DNA of 25,207 nucleotides. Origin: an uncultured archaeon. Lineage in GTDB: Archaea > Asgardarchaeota > Thorarchaeia > Thorarchaeales > Thorarchaeaceae. The stretch spans positions 1-25,207 of the forward strand of contig CAZPWM010000011.1 in the NCBI GenBank assembly GCA_964590575.1. The letters run 5' to 3'. Below are positions 19,037 through 25,207 of the stretch, one piece after another (the first letter of the stretch is position 1; every line of letters starts with the position of its first letter). The notes under the pieces were generated by a model. That model did not search any database. It had not been told where the DNA came from and saw only the letters and a program-made list of their open reading frames with translations. The position numbers and the translations under genes were made by a program.

Positions 19037-19228
19037 ATGACAGACACTGCATTATTGTCCTTTGTGAGAAAATTCACGAAAGAGCAGCTCCAAGCAATAG
19101 ATTCAGTCCTCCGTATTCTTGACCCAGAGGAGTATCGTGACTATCACGACCAATTTGGCGTTTGTAATGCACCTGACCGTATTGAGCTACTGAGAAAAGA
19201 AATACGGACTGCTTTGGGCAAGATGTGA
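19037..19228 (+). CDS. Small helical hypothetical protein
   Basis: 63-aa ORF filling an intergenic gap; TTAAAT box about 27 bp upstream (leaderless-type); amphipathic helices. Confidence 0.5.
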   Translation: MTDTALLSFVRKFTKEQLQAIDSVLRILDPEEYRDYHDQFGVCNAPDRIELLRKEIRTALGKM

Positions 19229-19229
19229 A

Positions 19230-19481
19230 TTATACTATCACAAATCCTGGAGGAAACAATACAAAATACTCAATCACAATGGAGAGGAGAATTCCTCCTA
19301 AAATCAATCCTTTGCCCCTCTTTGGATTGACGTCAGTGAACCAGAGTATAGCACCGACGAGTACTACAATGACCCCTGAAATCTGACCGATAAATATCAG
19401 AAAGTCCCATATCTCAGCAAGGTAGGCTCCTATCATCTGCGCAAAGTTTTGAAGTGGAGACTGTAGTAGTACTAGATTCAT
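19230..19481 (-). CDS. Small two-TM membrane protein (VirB2/TrbC/CedA1 pilin-like topology)
   Basis: Start moved to ATG 19481 because the longer ORF runs through the tRNA; amphipathic helix plus two hydrophobic helices separated by NPKRGK. Confidence 0.65.
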   Translation of the reverse strand: MNLVLLQSPLQNFAQMIGAYLAEIWDFLIFIGQISGVIVVLVGAILWFTDVNPKRGKGLILGGILLSIVIEYFVLFPPGFVIV

Positions 19482-19543
19482 ACTCTCAACCCATGACTGA
19501 GTGAGTGTTTCTAGATTTAAGGTCCTAGAGATATCAGAAGTAG

Positions 19544-19621
19544 TGGTGGGCCCGGCGTGATTTGAACACGCGACATCCGCCTTATCAGAGCGGCGCAATA
19601 ACCAGTCTATGCCACGGGCCC
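19544..19621 (-). tRNA. tRNA-Ile(GAT), intronless, CCA encoded
   Basis: GGGCCCG/CGGGCCC acceptor stem; anticodon arm CCGCT-CTGATAA-GGCGG; T arm GCGTG-TTCAAAT-CACGC; ends ACCA; TTTTTAT box about 30 bp upstream. Confidence 0.96.
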
Positions 19622-19711
19622 TGCGCGTTAGTTTGCACTTGCGGTCTGGATAAAAACGTTATGACTGGGTGTTAGTTTTTGCATACTTTTGTAAGGTCTA
19701 AGGCGTCAGGA

Positions 19712-20608
19712 TCAGAGCGCTTCAGGAACAACCTTCCTGACAAGATCTAGAGACTCTCTCGCTTCATCCTTGGTCAACTCGAATATGATTGGTCCGTGAA
19801 ACTTGTCTTTGATGAGTGCCGTAAGAAACTCTCGAAGGACTGTATCACCCATTATTCCGTGACCTAAAGCAATATGGTCCTCACGTGCAACTGCAGCTTC
19901 ATATTCCTTGTAAGTGGCATCCTGTAGGTGAACCTCTGTGATTCGATCTTTGTGGGCCTTATAGAAATCCATGACTGACTCTGTGCCGGACATTCTCGAC
20001 AGGAGATGTGCAGTATCAAAACAGACACTCGTGTCTAAGTCGTCAATTACATCCCTCATGATATCAAAGGGAAACTCCACATTTTCTATTGCTAATTCTC
20101 TAGGGTTAATCTCAGTCCTACTGATTATATCTTCAACACTGGCCGCAGCGTATCCAGCCAACAGCGTACTAATCAGGCCAACTAGATTACCACCGTAATT
20201 CAAACTTGAGAAATCAGCAGCAAGGTCGCCTGTTGTGTGCAAGACATAAGCCTCGGGTTCAAGAGGTTTGGAAATCTCAATAGCCTCAATCGTGCTGTCA
20301 ACGCTACCCATTCTCACATGTTCATTGAAAGTAGCTAGTTCTATTGACCAAAAAGGAAGATGCACAGTGTAGGAGTGACCTAGCTCTTCCTTCAGGTCCA
20401 CTAAACGACTGACTGTTTCTGGTGTGAATGAGCCTGGGACGACGTGTTTTACATCCATTGATAGCTCTAGGACTGAATAATCATCAGAAACAGCATCTCG
20501 AATTATGTCAACAACATCTAATCGTGAGAAGTCAGGAATTCCATCAATGACAACTTTTCCGGCTACTTCCTTAAACTCAAGAGCTGTTATTCCGAATCTC
20601 AGGGGCAT
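19712..20608 (-). CDS. AP endonuclease 2 / xylose isomerase-like TIM barrel, possibly CbiR-like phosphodiesterase
   Basis: TVHLP, VLH, AIENV, CFDTAH, VHLQD, DH..LG and IIFE metal-binding motifs. Confidence 0.75.
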   Translation of the reverse strand: MPLRFGITALEFKEVAGKVVIDGIPDFSRLDVVDIIRDAVSDDYSVLELSMDVKHVVPGSFTPETVSRLVDLKEELGHSYTVHLPFWSIELATFNEHVRMGSVDSTIEAIEISKPLEPEAYVLHTTGDLAADFSSLNYGGNLVGLISTLLAGYAAASVEDIISRTEINPRELAIENVEFPFDIMRDVIDDLDTSVCFDTAHLLSRMSGTESVMDFYKAHKDRITEVHLQDATYKEYEAAVAREDHIALGHGIMGDTVLREFLTALIKDKFHGPIIFELTKDEARESLDLVRKVVPEAL

Positions 20609-20702
20609 TGAATAATCCTCTCCATTTTTTTAAACAAGTCTTCCCGATAAACTGTTTCATCGTATGAAAGACATATACGCAGGTTCGTCATCCAGAAAGT
20701 AG

Positions 20703-21389
20703 GTGACAATATTGGGAATTACGATTCGATACTTAGCACACGCGAGTTTCCAGATTAAGACTGCAGATCAGAATATCTACATTGATCCGTCAACAAAAGG
20801 CACTGGTCTAAAGAAGGACCATTTCCAGCCTGCAGACCTTATTCTTGTGACTCATGGCCATGATGACCATTGTGACAAAGATTTGCTTAAGAAAATCCGC
20901 AAATTAGGAAGTCCTATTATTGCTCCTGAGAATCTTAAGAAGGAGCTAAAGGGAATGGTAGTGTGGGACCTGAGTCCAGGACAATTCATGAAGATGGTGA
21001 CTAGCGAAGGTACAATCTGGGCAACAGAAGCATATAACGTGAAACGCTTCCGATCTCCTGGAAAACCATTTCACCCTAAAGGATTTGGTGTGGGGTATAT
21101 TCTAAAGATTGGGGATAAGAAAATTTACCATGCTGGGGACACCGATTTGATTCCAGAGATGGAAAAACTTGCTGAAGCTGATATAGACGTGGCGCTGGTG
21201 CCGAGTGGAGACACTTACACCATGGATGTCAATGAGGCTGCTGAGGCGGTATTGTTAATCAAACCAAAGATTGCCATCCCAATGCACCTAAAAGGGGCCG
21301 ACCCAACAGTTTTCAAGGAAAAAGTGGAGTCTCAATCGGACATCAAAGTAGTCATTCTTGGGGAAGGAGAAGAATATACTCTAGAATAG
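20703..21389 (+). CDS. MBL-fold metallo-hydrolase (UPF0173/UlaG-like)
   Basis: HASF, IDP, THGHDDH, YHAGDT, YTM, IPMH. Confidence 0.9.
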   Translation: MTILGITIRYLAHASFQIKTADQNIYIDPSTKGTGLKKDHFQPADLILVTHGHDDHCDKDLLKKIRKLGSPIIAPENLKKELKGMVVWDLSPGQFMKMVTSEGTIWATEAYNVKRFRSPGKPFHPKGFGVGYILKIGDKKIYHAGDTDLIPEMEKLAEADIDVALVPSGDTYTMDVNEAAEAVLLIKPKIAIPMHLKGADPTVFKEKVESQSDIKVVILGEGEEYTLE

Positions 21390-21398
21390 AGATGGCTA

Positions 21399-21429
21399 AA
21401 AGAACAGGCAGCTGAGCTGCTTGTTCTTT
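21399..21429. terminator. Bidirectional hairpin terminator
   Basis: AAAGAACAGGCAGC-TGA-GCTGCTTGTTCTTT 14-bp stem (one G-T pair) between convergent genes. Confidence 0.7.
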
Positions 21430-21447
21430 CCATGTGTGTGTTCTAGT

Positions 21448-21924
21448 CTACATTTTCCGAAGCACGTTGGCTTCTATAACAGGATCCACTTCTAAGACCT
21501 CAACTTTAAGCATCCTGTCACCTTGACGAATGCTCTTTACTACATCCATACCTTCGATGGTCTGTCCGAATACTGTATGTTTACCATCAAGGTGTTTGGT
21601 CTGTTCTCTAGTCAAAACAATGAAGAACTGACTACCTCCAGTATCTCTACCAGCGTGCGCCATCGAAAAGGAACCAGGTTCGTGTTTCTGCCTTGATCCA
21701 CTGGTTTCACAGGGTATTCTGTAGCCGGGGCCACCTGTACCTGTCCCCTGAGGGCAACCTCCTTGAATAACGAAATCGGGTAAGACTCTGTGAAAGGTCA
21801 GACCGTCGTAGTATCCACTCTGTGCGAGTGTCACGAAATTCTTGACCGTGTTGATAGCGTCATCATTCCAGAATTCTCCAATGATGTCGCCCTTGTTTGT
21901 CTGTATCTTGATCTTTGTTGGCAA
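21448..21924 (-). CDS. Cyclophilin-type peptidyl-prolyl cis-trans isomerase
   Basis: [47 protein letters not shown]. Confidence 0.95.
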   Translation of the reverse strand: MPTKIKIQTNKGDIIGEFWNDDAINTVKNFVTLAQSGYYDGLTFHRVLPDFVIQGGCPQGTGTGGPGYRIPCETSGSRQKHEPGSFSMAHAGRDTGGSQFFIVLTREQTKHLDGKHTVFGQTIEGMDVVKSIRQGDRMLKVEVLEVDPVIEANVLRKM

Positions 21925-22044
21925 AATTCAATCGCCTCTATGTTTCGCACGACTTAACCTTCTTAGCAGTTCCGGAATGTGCGATATTCTTCGTGGTTAA
22001 GCCTATCTGCTTATTAGCGATTCTGAAGTTTTTTGCATGAGCAA

Positions 22045-23250
22045 ATGACTGTCGAGAAAGAGTACACAGAAGGCAGGACAACATTCCTGAGCGCAGATGT
22101 AGACCACTACAGTGGGGATAAGAAACAACCAACCACAAGCTTGCCTGTATTTTACAACCCAAGAATGCAACTTAACAGAGACCTCTCAATACTCTTTTTG
22201 ACGGCCTACATGGAGAAACATTCAGTTGACCTGATGTGTGAACCATTGACAGGCTCGGGGGTACGGACACTGAGGTATCTCAATGAGGCGCCGGGTGACT
22301 TCTATGCTAAAATGTGTGATGCTAACCCATTAGCTGTGGAAATGGCGCAGCGGAACATCGAAACTCTTGGTTTTAGTGATCGAGCAGAAGTGATTCATGG
22401 TGATGCCAAGGTATTACTGTTGACAGAGTCTAGAGAGAAGCGGTTCGATTTTGTGGATATTGACCCATTTGGGACCCCAGCCCGATATCTCTCTTCTGCC
22501 ATACAGTCAATCAACCCCAAAGGAGGTCTTCTCGCAGTGACAGCTACCGATATGCCAGTTCTCTGTGGAGTCTATCCCAAAATTGCATTGCGGAGATATG
22601 GGGGTTTCTCAGCTCGATCTCCTTTTACGCATGAGATTGCTATTCGGCTGCTCAATGGATTCATCTATAGTGTGGCAGGTTCTAACGAATGTTCGATGGA
22701 ACCACTAGCAGTATTGAGCTCAGACCATTATGTCAGAACATGGGTTAGAATAGAAACAAATCGATCAGAATCAAACCGTCAATCAAGCAATCTTGGGATT
22801 ATCAGACATTGTACAGGATGTATGCATTCGGATGTTGTGCCCCTCTCGCCTAAGGTTCAAAGTGAAGATTTTGATCATAAAATGGACGGATGTGCAGGAC
22901 CTATACGAGTGGCTGGACCCCTTTGGATCGGAGATTTGTTCAAAGAGTCATATCTTACTGATGCCATCAGTGTACTAAAAAGTGGGGAGGCAGAAAACTT
23001 CCATCGAAAAGTTCCGGATGTGCTTGAGAAGATGCAGGATGAGTCTGGTTTCACCAATAGACCCTATATCGATATTCATGCATTGTGTGATCTCCACAAT
23101 CTTGTACCTCCAAAAAATCAGATCATTATTGAGAAACTAAAAGAACAAGGTTTTGAGGTTGCGCAAACTCATTTCAAACCCACAGCAATAAGGACAACCG
23201 CTTCTGTGGAAGAGGTAACGAGAATAATAACCAACTACAATGCGAGGTGA
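22045..23250 (+). CDS. trm1: tRNA (guanine-26-N2)-dimethyltransferase Trm1
   Basis: VFYNPRM..NRD, GSGVR..RY, DIDPFGTP, VTATD...LCG, HE...R, GPLW.G, THF....IRT; probable start ATG 22045. Confidence 0.95.
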   Translation: MTVEKEYTEGRTTFLSADVDHYSGDKKQPTTSLPVFYNPRMQLNRDLSILFLTAYMEKHSVDLMCEPLTGSGVRTLRYLNEAPGDFYAKMCDANPLAVEMAQRNIETLGFSDRAEVIHGDAKVLLLTESREKRFDFVDIDPFGTPARYLSSAIQSINPKGGLLAVTATDMPVLCGVYPKIALRRYGGFSARSPFTHEIAIRLLNGFIYSVAGSNECSMEPLAVLSSDHYVRTWVRIETNRSESNRQSSNLGIIRHCTGCMHSDVVPLSPKVQSEDFDHKMDGCAGPIRVAGPLWIGDLFKESYLTDAISVLKSGEAENFHRKVPDVLEKMQDESGFTNRPYIDIHALCDLHNLVPPKNQIIIEKLKEQGFEVAQTHFKPTAIRTTASVEEVTRIITNYNAR

Positions 23251-23257
23251 TAATGCG

Positions 23258-23884
23258 ATGGGACGACCAAGAGGAGGAGAGAAACAGAGAAAGAAGGAGC
23301 ATTATTATCAAGCTGCAAAAAGACATGGGTATCGAAGCAGGTCTGCGTATAAATTAAGACAAATCGCAAAGGAGCAAAAGCTCCTTCTAGGTGTTGATCG
23401 TGTAGTTGAACTCTGTTGCAGCCCAGGGGGATGGACTCAGGTCTTAAAGGAGCTCGATAGTAGTCTACAGATTGTAGCAATCGACTTGGAAGTAATGACT
23501 CCACTAGAGGGGGTCAAATTCATCCAAGGGGATATTCTTGATGAGAAAATAATAGAGAGGATTGAATCTCTCACGGGAGGCACTGTAGATTTGGTTATTT
23601 CAGATTGTTCCCCTAAGGTGTCTGGACAATGGGATCTGGATGTAGTAAGACAATTATCTCTTGCGGAGGGAACAATCACCATTGCACATAGATTGCTTGG
23701 AAACAAAGGAAAAGTCCTTGCTAAAGTGTTTCAGGGTGCGGGATTCTCAGAGTTCCTGCAATCAGCCAGAAAGAAATTCAACTCTGTTAAATTGATCAAA
23801 CCTGATGCGTCACGAAAAACCAGTGCCGAAATCTATCTTCTCGCAATAGGGCCTCGTGGAAGAAGCCCGTCCGATGTGTCTTAG
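23258..23884 (+). CDS. rlmE: RlmE/FtsJ family rRNA 2'-O-ribose methyltransferase
   Basis: GYRSRSAYKL, PGGWTQ, IQGDI, ISD.SP, KVFQG, KP.ASR..SAEIY (K-D-K-E tetrad); ATG 23258 preceded by GAGGTGA. Confidence 0.93.
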   Translation: MGRPRGGEKQRKKEHYYQAAKRHGYRSRSAYKLRQIAKEQKLLLGVDRVVELCCSPGGWTQVLKELDSSLQIVAIDLEVMTPLEGVKFIQGDILDEKIIERIESLTGGTVDLVISDCSPKVSGQWDLDVVRQLSLAEGTITIAHRLLGNKGKVLAKVFQGAGFSEFLQSARKKFNSVKLIKPDASRKTSAEIYLLAIGPRGRSPSDVS

Positions 23885-24240
23885 ATAGTAGCGGAACCTA
23901 CGTCAGCGCCTAGCCATTCCTCAATCTCTCTACATGTGACGGGAGAGTCTGGCTGTCTGACTCCGCATCTGCCGATCTTCAGGCAATGGAAACACGGGCA
24001 ACCGTTCATATCGGTTAGGCCACCGGGTTCGACATCGTCAACGACTGGAGTTTTCATCATGTACCTTTCTTCTTCGAGTTCTTGTTTCTGCATTATTCGT
24101 CCCTCAGACATCAATGTGGTAATTGTTTCTGTTATTCTTTGAGAGTCGATACCCAGCCTATCCACGAGTTCCCCGATGAGTAGACCATTCTCGCCCGCAT
24201 CACGCAGTGCAGTCAATATTTGGTCGCTATCATCATTCAT
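23881..24240 (-). CDS. tfeB: TFE beta subunit / RPC34-like protein (winged helix plus C-terminal Fe-S cluster domain)
   Basis: N-terminal winged helix (DAGENGL..EL...LGI); C-terminal PCFHC-x5-C-x10-C-x5-W cysteine motif; located downstream of gar1 and next to trm1. Confidence 0.8.
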   Translation of the reverse strand: MNDDSDQILTALRDAGENGLLIGELVDRLGIDSQRITETITTLMSEGRIMQKQELEEERYMMKTPVVDDVEPGGLTDMNGCPCFHCLKIGRCGVRQPDSPVTCREIEEWLGADVGSATI

Positions 24241-24370
24241 TGAAATGACCTTGAATAGACACGTGGCAACATCACACGAAGTACGCGAGATGATATTTAA
24301 CTATCGGAAGCTGCTAGTCATATTCGGCAAATGTCGTATTGATACGGACATAGATGTACATTTGTGTACA

Positions 24371-24607
24371 TCATTTTGTCTTAAGATAAAGCATCTGTCC
24401 AACTAGGTTTGATGTATCAAAATCTCCCTTTGGCCGCACAGCCACATATGGTTCTTTCACAGGTCCAAAAACATCGATGATAATTCCAACTTCTCGTGCT
24501 TTCTTATCCAAAACGATTGAGCGAGATCCCATGGGTGGTGTTTTGTCTGTTCGCAAAATGATTGCTCCACGCTTTGAAATATGGAGAACTTGTCCCAAAC
24601 GCCTCAA
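24371..24607 (-). CDS. gar1: H/ACA RNP subunit Gar1/Naf1
   Basis: LG.VLH, VG.I.DVFGPV..PYV.V motif; probable TTG start at 24607. Confidence 0.92.
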   Translation of the reverse strand: MRRLGQVLHISKRGAIILRTDKTPPMGSRSIVLDKKAREVGIIIDVFGPVKEPYVAVRPKGDFDTSNLVGQMLYLKTK

Positions 24608-24629
24608 TATATCACACTCATACAATCAG

Positions 24630-24983
24630 TCACTTACGACGCTTCTTCTTGCCTTTCTTCTTTTCAACTTCCAATCGAGCTGATTCTCGTTGAGCTACAG
24701 CTCTTCGAACTCCTTTTGCAAGCATAAGTAACACTCGTTTCTTTTTGTGATTTTCAGGATTAGCAACTAGTAGGTAGCCATTCTTGTCAGAAAATCCCCG
24801 AGGGTATTGTTTACTTGACTCGCTCTCAAATTCAAAGCCGGATGATTCAGCAGCCATCTCTAAAATCTTTAAGGTCACATTTGATGCTGCCAAATTGCTG
24901 GGAATCTTACGGCCTTGCATCCTAGAGAAGTCCTTTTCGAAATATGCAGGCCAAACAATAAGCATTCCATCGTGTTTTCTCAT
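24630..24983 (-). CDS. srp19: Signal recognition particle 19 kDa protein
   Basis: IVWPAYF....SR..GRKIP, K.YPR, G...V, K..L...A; start moved to ATG 24983. Confidence 0.92.
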   Translation of the reverse strand: MRKHDGMLIVWPAYFEKDFSRMQGRKIPSNLAASNVTLKILEMAAESSGFEFESESSKQYPRGFSDKNGYLLVANPENHKKKRVLLMLAKGVRRAVAQRESARLEVEKKKGKKKRRK

Positions 24984-25123
24984 TGTAACCTTCTTCCAAG
25001 TTATGTACATTCTCTCCAGTTTTGTTGCACTTTTTATCTTTCGCTTCTGTAGAAAATGAACGATGAACTTCATAAGCGTGTAAGTTAGCCATCTGACAAC
25101 GCAACTAGAGGCTGAACTATATC

Positions 25124-25207
25124 TTGACCAGAAAGAGCAAGGAAATCTATTTTGCAGAGATTGCAGACCTGGTGTCTTCGCGAAGCACATGCTTGAGGAA
25201 CCAAGTA
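25124..25207 (+). CDS. dCMP deaminase / ComEB family protein, N-terminus only (truncated by the window end)
   Basis: Not in the ORF track. TTG at 25124 translates MTRKSKEIYFAEIADLVSSRSTCLRNQV, matching the family's YF..IA.LV..RSTC.R.QV start; GAGG upstream. Confidence 0.8.
   Translation, partial: MTRKSKEIYFAEIADLVSSRSTCLRNQV

Noticed and set aside
19482-19598. N-terminal extension of the 122-aa ORF
   Set aside because: Runs through the tRNA-Ile gene
17997-19621. Integrated element at tRNA-Ile
   Set aside because: No integrase and no duplicated tRNA 3' end (att site) was seen in the window
478-24683. Numerous short antisense or nested ORFs in the ORF track
   Set aside because: They are shadows of well-supported genes on the opposite strand or in another frame, with no motifs
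24984-25190. N-terminal extension of SRP19
   Set aside because: Overlaps the divergent dCMP deaminase start; SRP19 homology begins at MRKHDG
1-25207. CRISPR array, IS/transposase or defence system
   Set aside because: No regularly spaced repeats, terminal inverted repeats or recognisable cas, transposase or restriction genes were seen

Overview
Archaeal chromosomal window, most consistent with an Asgard archaeon (Thorarchaeia-like). This is inferred from SRP19, Gar1, TFE-beta/RPC34-like, Trm1, GGTGA/GAGG Shine-Dalgarno sites, TATA-like boxes and a longin-like domain protein. It has about 25 CDSs and one tRNA-Ile(GAT). Left part: PolX-PHP, a UroD-like protein, an AcuC/HDAC deacetylase, a membrane alpha/beta hydrolase, a longin-like plus helical protein, an SDR, DinB and an ECF S-component. 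Middle: an acetate/acyl-CoA cluster (acs, OFA-family MFS, CoA-transferase-GNAT fusion, amidohydrolase), then a nucleotidyltransferase with an upstream tRNA-like structured element and two small ORFs. Right part: housekeeping and RNA-processing genes (cyclophilin, trm1, rlmE, tfeB, gar1, srp19, truncated dCMP deaminase). No CRISPR array, IS element or integrase was seen. The best leads are the unannotated structured RNA next to the nucleotidyltransferase, a putative Acs acetylation/deacetylation circuit, the longin-solenoid protein and a eukaryote-like SRP19 tail. All calls are by motif recognition only; no searches were run.
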